NCBI RefSeq assembly: GCF_001194135.2
Contig: NC_068991.1
Coordinates: 30,984,968-31,028,704 of the forward strand
Length of the DNA stretch: 43,737 nucleotides
Origin: Octopus bimaculoides
Taxonomy: Eukaryota
Reading direction: 5' to 3'
Both the position numbers and the translations under genes were made by a program. Shown here piece by piece: positions 13,131-25,224 of the stretch; within the stretch, counting starts at the first letter, position 1; the number at the start of each line of letters is the position of its first letter. Under the pieces are notes generated by a model. The model made no database searches. It was not told where the DNA came from and worked only from the letters and a program-made list of their open reading frames with translations.

Positions 13131-13639
13131 TACGTATGTATTTCAGTATGACCAGCTTCTCTTTCATTGTGCTTCAGGTTGTTCCTACAGCAAGTCCCCC
13201 TCTTTATGCTCCTAATATTTTCCAAATAAGCGCAAGAACCCGTTCATGTTGGTAACGAAACTGAAAACAGCATCAGCCTGCTTCAGGAAATTCACGCGCA
13301 CGCGCGCGTACGCACACACAGACACACGAATAATATAAATAAGGTTCACTACAGCTGTTTCAGAATCTTTTTTATTGATGAACAAATCAATTACATCATT
13401 TAAAAAAATGTTTTCTTCAGGTGAATTGAATATAAAAATAAAATATAACATATAGGATTCGATTCGTATCGATTTACTCATCTTGATGTGTAAGTGTGTA
13501 TATACATAAACACAAACTTAATTAGAAAACTTTACTATATATTTTTTCTAAGTCCCTGTGATATGAATGGCAAAGTTGACTTCTATGGGATTCGAACTGT
13601 ATTGAATCATCATTCGCTCTGCCACAACACCCCTCCACT

Positions 13640-13832
13640 CCTCTTTATCATGACCATGATCATGATCCTCCTCCTCCTCCTCCTCCACCTCATCATCATC
13701 ATCATCATCATCATCATCTTTGTCAACAGCAATCTGTACATTATGTTTTCTGTTATATCATACCTCCTTTCAATTATTTTGATTGAGTGATTGATAGCTG
13801 CTACTGCTAGGGCTGCTGCTGCTCCTGCTGCT

Positions 13833-13879
<47 letters not shown>

Positions 13880-13900
13880 GGATGAGGGTGATGATGATAG
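13640..13900. repeat. Cluster of trinucleotide microsatellites: (CTC)n, (CAT)n, (GCT)n, (GAT)n
   Basis: Direct observation; explains the poly-A/poly-D ORF at 13791. Confidence 0.9.
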
Positions 13901-14283
13901 TGTTGATGGAAACCTTCAGATATTTCTAGATTTAATTATTGGTAGTTTAATTCCCAGGTTCTTAACAAAATGTGATGGATTGGATGGTGTAAATCTTTAC
14001 TTGCTGTGTCTATGTCGTATCTATGTACGCCTGTGTGTGACACAATACTGTATTCGTCTATGTCTGTATTGTCTAACAATATATTCAGTATGTTTGTCCG
14101 AATGTCCATCGATCAGATAAAAAGATGGCCACCGGAGATAATGAGAGACCAACGGGAAGACAAAATTTGACATGTTTTGTCAGAAAGAATATTCTTAGAA
14201 ACTGATTAGAGTACCATAACCGTAATGTCCTGTTTTCTCGGTCCAAAAAGGAAAAAGAAAATAACCTAGCTATCTACATTCTT

Positions 14284-14298
14284 GCGCGCGCGCGCGCA

Positions 14299-14336
<38 letters not shown>

Positions 14337-14660
14337 CTTCTCTCTCTCCTTCTCTCTCTCTCTCCCTCTCTCTCTCTGTATATATATATATATATATATA
14401 TATACAGAGAGAGAGAGGGAGAGAGAGAAGGAGAGAGAGAAGGAGAGAGAAAGAAGGAGAGAGANNNNNNNNNNNNNNNNNNNNNNNNNNNNNNNNNNNN
14501 NNNNNNNNNNNNNNNNNNNNNNNNNNNNNNNNNNNNNNNNNNNNNNNNNNNNNNNNNGGAGAGAGAGAGAGAAGGAGAGAGAGAGAGAAGGAGAGAGAGA
14601 GAAGGAGAGAGAGAGAAGGAGAGAGAGAGAAGGAGGGAGAGTGAGAGCGAGAGATAAACA
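14284..14660. repeat. (CG)n/(TA)n/(CT)n/(GA)n compound array with AAGGAGAGAG-type units
   Basis: Direct observation; spans gap 14465-14557. Confidence 0.9.
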
Positions 14661-14862
14661 GAGAGAGAGACATATCTGCCTTCCTACCAATATATCAATG
14701 TTTCTTTCTACGGATATGTCTGCCTGACTACTTGTCTACCTATGCAGCTGCGATAAAATATTTTTATAACATTTTCTGGCTGTGGGTTACGGTTTAATCA
14801 TTCACTACTGATATAGTTCTATTCTGTTACTATCTACCGTACCAGTATAGTCATTATTATTA

Positions 14863-14894
<32 letters not shown>

Positions 14895-15129
14895 AGTGGT
14901 GGTGGGGGTATTAAAATCGAAGTGTAGAAACGTCTGTTTGCTTATACAGATTGACCACGTTTCACATTCAAAATATCAGGTACATACAAAGCAAAATATT
15001 GTAGTAGCAACCAAGACGGAGGATAAAACACAAAAACATAATATGCAGAGGAAGAAAAAAATATGAATATCTTGATAAACAAATAATGCAAGAAAAATAT
15101 TTCAAATATGCTAACGAATAGATTTAACC

Positions 15130-15880
15130 ATTAATGACCCGAAAGTCATTCGGCCTTACCCGAACTGTGCCCAGTGGAGAGTGCCAAGACAAAGAACATG
15201 AGGTTAACAGTACAGAGCAAAAGACCTTGTTGCTACACATGACTTAATAAGAACCGCTTGAGGAAAAGGAAAGAGAAGGTATAAAATTGAAAAAGGAAAG
15301 CATCGGAGATCAGTAAGGCAGCAACAAGAGCAGCAAATTCCAGTTTCCGGAACACTGTTAGTTATCCCAGGAAAAGGTGGAAGTGATTACATTGTAGCAA
15401 GAAACAAGCGAGCATACGTCCTTTTTTTGTAGCAAGAGCAACGTATAGTACCAATCCATCGTCGGATGCTGAGGAAGAGGAAAAAGAAGCCTTCAGAAGA
15501 AACTATCAAATGTATCGAAAGAAATACAAAAGGAAAAATAAAGGAAGTAGCAAAAAGAAAAAGAAAAAAATCAACAGCAATGGACGAGGAGGGCCAACTT
15601 CATCAATAGTATACAATACGTCAATAGTAAACTGAAAGCTAGTAGACCAGATCAGGTATCTGCAGATATTCCGGAAATGACGGAGGCGCATTTGAAACTG
15701 GAATATAGAAGACAAGCGAACGACAGGTCGTTAGTAGAGGTAAAAGAAATGTACTGTAATGAACTGAAACAGTCCTATCTTGAAGACGTGGACATTAATC
15801 TACTCTAAATGGTGACAAAAAGTATAATAGGCGCCTTTGAGTGCACGAGGATCCAGTATCAGCCGGTAGGTATGTATTTG
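15130..15880 (+). mobile_element. Possible decayed LINE AP-endonuclease region (RTE-like)
   Basis: Purine-rich segment with the remnant ATYSTNPSSDAEEEEKEAF, resembling the YAPT..xEEEKExFY motif; otherwise highly disrupted. Confidence 0.35.
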
Positions 15881-16599
15881 GCGTGCTCTAACTCGCCCTA
15901 GCCGGTAATTTTCTACACAGTATGCACACGAGAACACGAGATTATTTTTCAGTATTCATTTTGTTTAAGTATTGTGTTCTATCGTACATTTATGCATTCT
16001 GTGTTTCATAAATTTTTAATTCATTCAATTGTATGAAAACACACACACGCACACACACACACGCACACACACACACGCACACACACACACACGCACACAC
16101 ACACACGCACACACACACACGCACATACACACACGCACACACACACACACGCATACATATATGGTGGTAGCGCGGGTTCCGATTAAGGTACCTGACAAGC
16201 AATTTTTAAGAAGAGGGCATTACTCAATATCATTGATCCATGTATTTGAATGATGCTTCATTGACTCCGAAAAGATGAAAACCAAAGGTGAATACGGCGT
16301 GAGATGAGCTGAAAACGCAAAGAACCACAATAAAATCCAATGACCTAACACAGACTTACCTTCTGGTAAATGGCCAACTCCAACCAAACAAATTGTAACT
16401 TAAATGATGGCATTTGGAGTCATAATTTCTCCTCAAAACGAATCTAATTTTCGAACAAACAGCACCAGATATTTTGATTTCACAATACTTTTGAAAATCA
16501 TGCAACTGTGATAGGAGTTTAAATAAATAAGAAATCATTCTAAAAACGCCAAGCACATTTTCAAAATGTCTTTCTTTAACACACAGATCTTTTATCCTT

Positions 16600-16852
16600 T
16601 ATTTGATATTAGCCTGTAACCATGTTGGGTACCACCTTGAGGAATTTTAGCCGAACGAATCGAATCCAGGACTTTTTTTTTAAAGGATATTACTTATTCA
16701 ATCCGCAAAGTTACGGAGACGTAAACCATCAACACCGGTTGTCAAGCAATGGAGTAGGGGAGGGGACACAGACTCAAAGACACACAAACATAGATATATA
16801 CATATATATATGCAACTGTATTCTTTCAGTTTCCGTCTACCAAAACCCTCTG
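16600..16852 (-). mobile_element. SINE family A, truncated
   Basis: ccatgttgggtaccacc..gttacggagacgtaaac..ccggttgtcaagc..tttcagtttccgtctacc. Confidence 0.85.
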
Positions 16853-17504
16853 CCACTGAATTAGACATTTTTTCTCCCTCAGATGATTGCCATTCCTTTC
16901 CTCACTATCTCAACTTCCAATAATTCTATAGCTATTATCCCTAAACTTTGACACCTACACATAAAATTAATAACACAAACTTAATAACAACTGACTACCC
17001 TTCAATTACTATCTATATTACACCTCCCATTCATTTCCCAACTCTCCACCTCTACTACCACCTCCATTAATACCTCATTATTAACCCCCCACCCTCTTCC
17101 TGAACTAGCTCTCTTATTTTCTCTCACAATTATTCTCTGTCTTAACACTCTCCATAACTCCTCTGACCCTTCGATTTCACCCTTGTAATACGGCTGGCTT
17201 CCTACATTTAATCATTCCATGTTTGAACTTTTCAGCATTAAGATCTGAAATGTAAGATCCCTTCTACTCTGGTTCGGAACCGAGTATTACCTAATGTTGA
17301 TTGCTTCCATTATGACCACATCTACCAACATTATGATGGATCTCCGAGCCCCCAGAAACAGCTGTTGGACTTACAACAGCTTCCTTCCACACCTTTAATT
17401 TTCTCTGTAAGCTGGATCAATTAATATAAATATCTGTATATTTGTATTTAAATATTCAAAATGTCTACTGCAACTGGCAACAGAAAAAAAGAACTCCCAG
17501 TGTT

Positions 17505-18680
17505 GTGAGCTGAGGCGTGGGGTGCTGTTAAGAATGGACTCCAACAAGAAGGGCCGAATTTTTAGACCCGTAAATCTGCTAAGCGTAGATTTTGAGATTT
17601 TAGCCAAGGTGTTAACTAAGAGGTTGGCGCATGTCATCAATAAACTGGTCGGTAACGCGCAGGCATGCGTATCCCAAACAGATCTATCTACAACATCTTC
17701 CAATTCATTTACACCATAGAGCAGGGTGGTAACAATCCTGTCATGGGTGGGGTCTTGATCAATTTGGATCAATCAAAAGCTTTTGTTAGGGCCGGCCACC
17801 AATAATCGGAGGCTATCCTCCTGTCGGCCAGTTTCCATGTCGGACATCTCGGAAATCGAAATGATCGACACTATCTTAAGGGAATACGAAGTGGTAAAAA
17901 GATCAAAGATTAACCAGAGGAAGCAGCTGGGTACCTAAAGAAGCAGGTCCATGCCACCTGACAGAGTCGTAGGACGTTGGACTGAAGGATCGGTTAAATT
18001 GCTTGGTCTTTGCTTCTATGCAGACCTCCATGTGAATAAGAACAGTGGGGCGGTGACATCACCAGTGTTCCCTTAACGATGAGCAAGTATGGTCACCGTT
18101 TGCCAGAGAAGATTTTCTACAGCTCGTCTCAATGACGGAACTACGGTCCATGGACCAAGCGTAGATCAAGAAGGAGTGTTAGCAAGCGCCTACGTCTCTC
18201 AGCCAGTTGGACAATGCTGTCTGAGGAAGTTCCACGTTCGAGTTCTGTACTCGAATACATTCCCGGGAAGGGAAGACAGTTTTCTTCTGTCTGGTGGCAG
18301 TGAAGAAAGGGGTAGTCGTGTGGATGAGGTTGAAAGGACTGAAAACAGACATCTTCCTCTTCGGCCAAGATAGGGAGGATGAGGAAGAAAGTGCTTCCCC
18401 CCAGTATATTTATTAAAAGGTAGGTGAATGTGGTTAGGATGGCCTGTGTGAATAGGCATACTCTGAGCATGCACCTGCAGGCCAGAGGGAATGGAGAGGG
18501 GTAACTGTCCGAGGTGCTCTTGGCGTTCGGGTAGCCAGGATTAGTAGGACTTCTTCGGTTGCCCTTAAGCAGAGCTTCCCTGATTTTTGGGAATTTTATT
18601 GTTGGAATTTTATTTTAATTTTTTACTCTTTACACGCACTATATGTAAATACCTACTTTCCTTTGTGTTGTACCATCTTT
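17505..18680 (+). mobile_element. Tx1-like (L1 group) non-LTR retrotransposon fragment, internally deleted, with 3' end
   Basis: FRPVNLLSVDFEILAKVLTKRLAHVINKLVGNAQ..GGVLINLDQSKAF (RT domains 1-3); LREYEVVKRSKIN..GRWTEGSVKLLG (later RT part); then C-terminal remnants and a T-rich 3' UTR. No YADD is seen. Confidence 0.85.
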
Positions 18681-18689
18681 TGTTTTTCT

Positions 18690-19330
18690 GCGCGGGACTT
18701 GTTGTTGTTGTTGGTCATTGCGGTCGGAAGTTCCACATTGGCATTCTGTAGGGGATTCGTGGCTGGTACGAGCGACGACGATCCTTGGAGAGGCTCCAGG
18801 CGCTGGAAGAAATCAATTTTCTGGAGTACGTTCGCGCCGAGGCCTATGGATAGCGTCTAGAAACCCGTAACCAGACAATGTTATCAGGGGACTCTGCCGA
18901 TTCGAGATAAGCTCTACATGCACGGAAGTGCAGTCAGACGTCCTGTGGAAGATGCACGCAGACCGATGAAACCGTTCTGCATACACTTATCCAATGAAAG
19001 AGCATTGCTGACTTGTGGAGATTTGTGTAACAGTTGTCGCGCGTAGGAAAGATCTGGTTGTCAGCCGAGTCCTTCATGAGGATTGCCCCGCCGCCATCTT
19101 TTGGCTGAGAAGGTCAAGCAGTTTTCCTCTTCCTTGTGGCTATAGCGAAAGAGGTAGTGTGTTGGACGAGATACAATGGACTGAAAAAAGATACTTTCCT
19201 CTTCGGTCAAACCGTCATCGACTTTTTCAAGAAAAGTGAGATTGCAGAGTGAAGTGCTGCCTCCCAGCATTTTTGTTGAAAAGTGGGTGGATGTGGCAAG
19301 GATAGCCCATGTGAATTAGCCTACTTAGAG
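18690..19330 (+). mobile_element. Second Tx1-like 3' fragment with CCHC-knuckle remnant
   Basis: LPIRDKLYMHGSAVRRP(C)GRCTQTDETVLHTLIQ..ADLWRFV..VFLFLVAIAKEVV. Segment 19100-19320 is a diverged homologue of 18265-18460. Confidence 0.8.
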
Positions 19331-19540
19331 CATACACACTGTGATCATAATACCTCACATGTCTAGTAGAATGGAATGTGTGTATACGTATGATAAGCAG
19401 GATTACAGTCTTAATCCTAATGGTTTCATACAGTCAGCATCGTCTGGTTGAATGTGATCGTCATAACCAGTACAGTCTGCCGAGAAAAAGCTGTCTGCAC
19501 GAAACATTTCGATTTGCCGTTTCTAATGCTTCTGATCCCC

Positions 19541-19634
<94 letters not shown>

Positions 19635-20297
19635 ACGTCTATTTTATATATAGTGAAGTAATCGGAAGTTTTAATGTCTGAAATATATCATGTTAGATTA
19701 AGTCGCAAAATGGTGACAGGATTTCTAAGAATTATGCGAGACACATTTTCGAGACTAAATGTTTGAAAAGGTGTTGACGTTTCCAAGTGTGTAAAACCAT
19801 ATTTTGCGTGCAGTTCTCAATCTCGAGAATGAAGTTGTTAGGGAATGCAATTCTTAGATCAGTGTCCTGTCAGCAAAGTATATGATTGAAGGAATGTAAG
19901 AAATAGTGGCAATGTGCTTGATTGGAAGCTAAAGCAAAGTTGAAAGTAATTAACAACAACAGTTCGTCAGAGTCAATAATTTGGTTTCGGTAGATTGTTT
20001 GATAGTAGCATTAGTAAAAGTAGTATGATAAATCATTTGGATATTGAAGATATCTTTAAGAAGGAATTACTCAATAGGGGAAGATAATCCATGTTCTTCA
20101 AGAAAAGTGCATGTGCATTGCAAGCAAACACACGCACACACAGAGCATGTTTTGACTTTTTAATTCAAACTCATTATTTTACTCTCTTTCTTTTTCTTTC
20201 CCCATCTATCCTTTCTGTGGAAGAGCGAAGGAACGAACCGTTAAATACTTCTTCCATTTTTCGTGAGCGTTAAACTAACACACCCCGTTTGTTGTTG

Positions 20298-20367
<70 letters not shown>

Positions 20368-20405
20368 CTTGTATGTATGTATGTATATATGCACACACAC
20401 ACATA

Positions 20406-20597
20406 CGATGGGTGCTGAAAAGTTCCCGGCTTTGGGTAAAAGAAAATACAGTAGGATCAGTTAATTATGATTTTATTCAACATATTCCCCTCTCAGATTT
20501 ACACACTTATTGTAGCGGTCCAGAACTGAGAAGTCTGGGCCTCCAACCAGAGCTTTCGCGAAACCCTTAAAGCCAAGAACTTTTCAGTACACCTACG
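20406..20597 (-). mobile_element. Mariner-derived MITE / internal-deletion derivative (192 bp)
   Basis: TA|CGATGGGTGCTGAAAAGTTCCCGGCTTT ... AAAGCCAAGAACTTTTCAGTACACCTACG|TA inverted termini. The minus strand retains the mariner C-terminus DRYNKCVNLRGEYVE*. Confidence 0.85.
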
Positions 20598-20603
20598 TAT
20601 ATA

Positions 20604-21406
20604 TAGGGTGTCCGGTCTAAATTTTAGTGTTTGCATTAAAGGAACAGAAAACACAATAACTCATTCAAAAATAAAAGAATTTTAAAAACTAAAAAATATC
20701 AACAAGATAATGGCTGAGAGTTAAGTAGCTGCTCTCAACTTCCATCACGACCTCAGGATGGCTCCGGAATCTGGCACATGCGTTCCTCCTTTTGTCCCTG
20801 GAAGATCTTTGAACATCTCCTTAACTTTGGCCATCAGCTCGGCTTTGATATTGCAGGAGTTAGAAAACCAGACACTGGGGCTGAAGAGATCGTAGAAATT
20901 CTCCAACTCATTCTCACACTTTTCGGAGGTATGACAAGGAACTGAATCCTACATTCACACATAGGGCCTTACAATGGCAACCTTCTCCAGTCAGAGTTGG
21001 ACCACAGTCCCCAGCAGTTTCACATAACCGTGCGAATTGAGCCTAAGAGAATGTATTTCGGCGTGCGGACAGTAAGAAACGCCTGGTTCGCCCTGCTTCA
21101 CCCTGCTCCTTCCTGTTGGCCACAGCTTAGTAGTTTCCGTTGCAGCCACCCATGCCACGTCTTAGAGCATTTATAGTATTCACAGAGCGTTGAGCAGCAG
21201 TCCTGGGAACGAATCATCATAATGCCAGTAACTATTTTCTAATATTCAAATGGCTTCTAGTCTTCCATATCAGCTAACTTTTAGTCAACTACAACTTCTA
21301 TATTTATGCTCTCCAACACCGTTGACTGTTCACCAATGCATCAAGCTGCTCCTGAAATTAAAGACAAAAGACAAAAAAAATCGTCAAATTTATCCCGAAC
21401 ACCCTG
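20604..21406 (-). mobile_element. Decayed Tc1/mariner element resembling the maT (DD37D) group
   Basis: Termini TAGGGTGTCCGGTCTAAATTT and AAATTTATCCCGAACACCCTG|TA. Minus-strand remnants RLNSHGYVKLL..EKVAIVRPYV*..DSVPCHTS..ENFYDL..SVW..CNIKAELMAKVKEMF..NACARFRSH. The third catalytic residue region is deleted, so the family call rests on similarity recalled from memory. Confidence 0.75.
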
Positions 21407-22482
21407 TATCTATGTAAGTATGTATGTATGCATGCATGTATGTTCGTACGTGTGTGTGTGTGTGTGTGTGTGTTTGTGTATGTGCGCACGTGTGTATGTG
21501 CATATATATATATATATATATATATACAGAGAGAGAGAGAGAGAATGTTACTTATAATTTCTGTATCGGACTGGCAAAGTAAAAGTGTTGGTCGTGATTT
21601 CTTTCCAAACGTTTTTTACCAACTTCTTTGCAAAGCTATATCAGATTTCTTGAAGCGTGATTTTCCGACGACAGACCGTCCTGTACAGATGACCAAGTCT
21701 ATTTTAATCTGGAAATTGTGGTGCTATGTAAGAATCTAATGATTGAGATGTGTCACAGTCGGAGAAAACTTTCCTTGTTCACGGTTTCAAGGAGCTGGAT
21801 CGCTAACTTGGGTTATTTGTAACTTTGTCCCTAGTTATTTCTCTTCTATTATTATCATTATTATTATTATTATCATTATTATTATCGTTCTTTTTATTTA
21901 TTTATTTCAGCTAAAGTATCAACGAATTAGGTCAAGATCTCTGCTTTAAGTTACAACAGAAAAGAGACATTAGCTCTGATATAAGTGTTTCGTGGCCAGC
22001 GCCATGCTCTAGAGGTGGACCACCAGATGAAGTGAGATCGTATTTCAGTTTCATTTCGTATTTTCAGCTATTTTTCCATCACGCACACCATCGAGAAATG
22101 AATAAACATCACACAATCTCCTTAAAGCCGAGACCTTGTACAGACAATGGTGAAAATCAATCACATTGAAATCGACCTCCGCCATAATTTCAAGGTTTCA
22201 GAGCAATTGCAATCGTAACTCGGTTTTTTTCGAACCGGATTGGAGTTATTTCCCTTAGCTCCTGCCCCAGGATGAAGTAAAAACCATCACATGCTACTAT
22301 TCTCTCCTTCCCCTTTCACCACCATTCCCCACCACCTTTGAAAAGTTTCAGATTTCAGTCTTTTGCAAGAAGCAATTATATTAATGTCATTGACGATGAT
22401 GGCCGGCCGCCGACCCAGCGCCCGGGTAAATATCTCGAACGTGATAATAGCTGTAAACATGTTCTGAAACTCCGGCTGGTTG

Positions 22483-22563
<81 letters not shown>

Positions 22564-22622
22564 NNNNNNNNNNNNNNNNNNNNNNNNNNNNNNNNNNNNN
22601 NNNNNNNNNNNNNNNNNNNNNN

Positions 22623-22673
<51 letters not shown>

Positions 22674-23201
22674 AACTATTCTATGAATGGGATCAGTATC
22701 AAATTAAATAACAAACTTAATAACTCGGCTGAGCTTTTGCTCATATATTTATTGTATCAGACATTGAAACACAACGACTTATATAGCTTTTAACCTGACA
22801 GCAAACAGGTTCGAAACCTACAGACCGTCGCTCATTTGTCAAGCTGTAAGAAATGAATAAATAAATTAGTTAATCTAGGATAAATAAATTATATTAAGTT
22901 AGTGGGAATGTTTTGGGAATACAAAATCTCAAATATATTTGAGATTTCCAATTTGACAGTACACAGGTTCGAAACCCAATATCAGTTTTACTCTCTCATC
23001 GAATGGTTGTTCGGGTTCAGTATTAGGAATAAAAAGCTTTCTTCAAAATTAATATGACACATGGACAATTCTTATGTAATTGTCAAGATCCGCGGTTCTA
23101 ATCTCAACATAAACTAGTGATGTATCTTGGGATAAAACGTTAAAGCTTATATAGGTAAAACTGTAGTTAAAGATAAGATCAATCCCAGACATACAAAATG
23201 A

Positions 23202-23476
23202 TACATTATTTACATTTGACGGATATTTGTCCTCATCTTGTTTGTTGTTAACACAACCTTTCGGCTGATATACTCTCCAGCCTTCTTCAGATGTCCTGTG
23301 GAAATTTCGAACCTGAGTTCTCATTCCTAAGGTATTTTTCGATGTTATTATTATTATTATTATTATTAATAGTATCCAGGTCACTGCCTGGAATTGAATT
23401 CGGAACCTTGGGGTTAGTAACCCGCGCTCTTAACCACTACGCCACTTGCCGTGGGCAATTATGGAGTGAATTTCAG
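23202..23476 (-). mobile_element. Inverted pseudo-LTR of a Penelope-like element (family B: tRNA-like head, (AAT)n, hammerhead-like motif)
   Basis: Reverse complement of 23687-23899, including about 30 nt upstream of the tRNA-like head (ctgaaattcactccataattgcccacgg). Confidence 0.8.
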
Positions 23477-23686
23477 AGTATAGCTGTACGGAAAAACAGA
23501 AGCCACCTCCCCCTGTGGGATGAAGTTAAAATAACAGACAGAGAACACCACTGGAAAATTCGAAAACTAAAAGAAGTAGCACATATGCTACGACATAATA
23601 ACCTCCTAAGCAGACCTAGAGCAGATATGAATAGCATAGGAGAACTGGTATTAAGGAAGGGTAGGAGAATATTAGATTTATAAGCC
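23477..23686 (+). mobile_element. Penelope-like GIY-YIG C-terminal coding fragment
   Basis: SHLPLWDEVKITDREHHWKIRKLKEVAHMLRHNNLLSRP, stop at 23681-23683; fits the PLE C-terminal pattern H..W..V.I...E..W..RK.KE. Confidence 0.75.
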
Positions 23687-23930
23687 CTAAAATTCACTCC
23701 AGAATTGCCCACGGGCATATGGCGTAGTAGTTAAGAGCGCGGGCTACTAACCCCAAAATTCCGAGTTCGAAAATACCTTAGGAATGAGAACCCAGGTTCG
23801 AAATTTCCCCTGAAGAAGGCTGGAGCGTATGTCATCTGAAACGTTGCGTTATCAACAAACAAGATGAGGACAAATATCCGTCAAATTGTAAATAATGTAC
23901 ATAATTCCTCATCTCTCAAATATATAACTG
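23687..23930 (+). mobile_element. Direct 3' pseudo-LTR of the same element (family B module with internal deletion)
   Basis: tggcgtagtagttaagagcgcgggctactaacccc..gagttcga (A/B boxes), then ctgaagaaggctg..gaaacgtt, then the tail gacaaatatccgtcaaattgtaaataatgta. Confidence 0.8.
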
Positions 23931-24130
23931 CATTATGTAAAACGATCAAAGGAAATTTAGGGGACAGCGCATGCGGGAAAGGAGGAAAAATAGAGTAATT
24001 AGGGTAAATTATACTGTGTAACGCAATTTTTGTCCTTGGGTGGCAACTGTAATTTCCTATTTGCTTACCCTTAGAAAGTATGAAAAATAGCTAACATTTC
24101 CTTCAAATTTTGCTTTTATTACATTTATTC

Positions 24131-24300
24131 AAACTCCAAAGAAACCTTTTCAACACATGGCTATGATGCTCCCCAAATGCCCATGATCAGTAATACACAT
24201 ATCGTCAACCACTAAGAGATATGCTCAAGTGGTTAAACTCAAGCAACTGACAAGCAAATCTGTGATATTGAGCAGAATATTTGCTATAGCGATATTTCTG
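24131..24300 (+). mobile_element. Interspersed repeat family D fragment
   Basis: caacacatggctatgatgctcccc..gacaagcaaatctgtgatattgagcagaatatttgct is the reverse complement of 34935-35095. Confidence 0.8.
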
Positions 24301-24743
24301 CTTGAGCAAATCAGTGCTGAATCTATATGAAATGTAATGGAAAATAAGTCAGTTTCAAAAATATATATGTCCAAACCAGAAAAGCAAAGTTTGAAGGAAA
24401 TAAGAGTCATTCCTTTTGATTTCTAAATAGAAATAAATAGGAAATAACACTTACTGACAAAAAAAAAGTTCTCGTGCAGTATTATTTAAATTGAAATAAT
24501 GAGGGAGGTAAAATCACGTTGGCAACTTATTATATATACACTACTTCTGGGCATTGGCACAGTAGGGAAGAGTTAAATTACCCAAGGTTGAAGATTAAGT
24601 TCAACTGAGTACCTCCCTTGTTCATTATCATATTCAAAATATTTAGTGTTATTTGGTTATAAATCAGACATATTCCTGATGCTTAAACCCAGGTCAGCTA
24701 TGATCGAATAGTTCTATGATTAGATTCCAATAACACCATTACG

Positions 24744-24790
<47 letters not shown>

Positions 24791-25191
24791 NNNNNNNNNN
24801 NNNNNNNNNNNNNNNNNNNNNNNNNNNNNNNNNNNNNNNNNNNNNNNNNNNNNNNNNNNNNNNNNNNNNNNNNNNNNNNNNNNNNNNNNNNNNNNNNNNN
24901 NNNNNNNNNNNNNNNNNNNNNNNNNNNNNNNNNNNNNNNNNNNNNNNNNNNNNNNNNNNNNNNNNNNNNNNNNNNNNNNNNNNNNNNNNNNNNNNNNNNN
25001 NNNNNNNNNNNNNNNNNNNNNNNNNNNNNNNNNNNNNNNNNNNNNNNNNNNNNNNNNNNNNNNNNNNNNNNNNNNNNNNNNNNNNNNNNNNNNNNNNNNN
25101 NNNNNNNNNNNNNNNNNNNNNNNNNNNNNNNNNNNNNNNNNNNNNNNNNNNNNNNNNNNNNNNNNNNNNNNNNNNNNNNNNNNNNNNNNNN

Positions 25192-25224
<33 letters not shown>

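Noticed and set aside
13791-14120. ORF with poly-Ala and poly-Asp tracts
   Set aside because: Derived from (GCT)n and (GAT)n arrays with a TTG start; no splice or homology support. The nearby (CAT)n/(GAT)n complementarity is expected from simple repeats.
19400-19515. Possible minus-strand exon KRQIEMFRADSFFSADCTGYDDHIQPDDAD
   Set aside because: Poor acceptor context and no recognisable homology.
22808-22978. Two ggttcgaaacc B-box-like motifs
   Set aside because: No A box or cloverleaf could be built; probably decayed SINE debris.
23710-23770. tRNA gene call for family B, A, C or E heads
   Set aside because: A and B boxes are present, but no complete acceptor stem, and each continues into a repeat body; these are retroposon heads, not tRNA genes.
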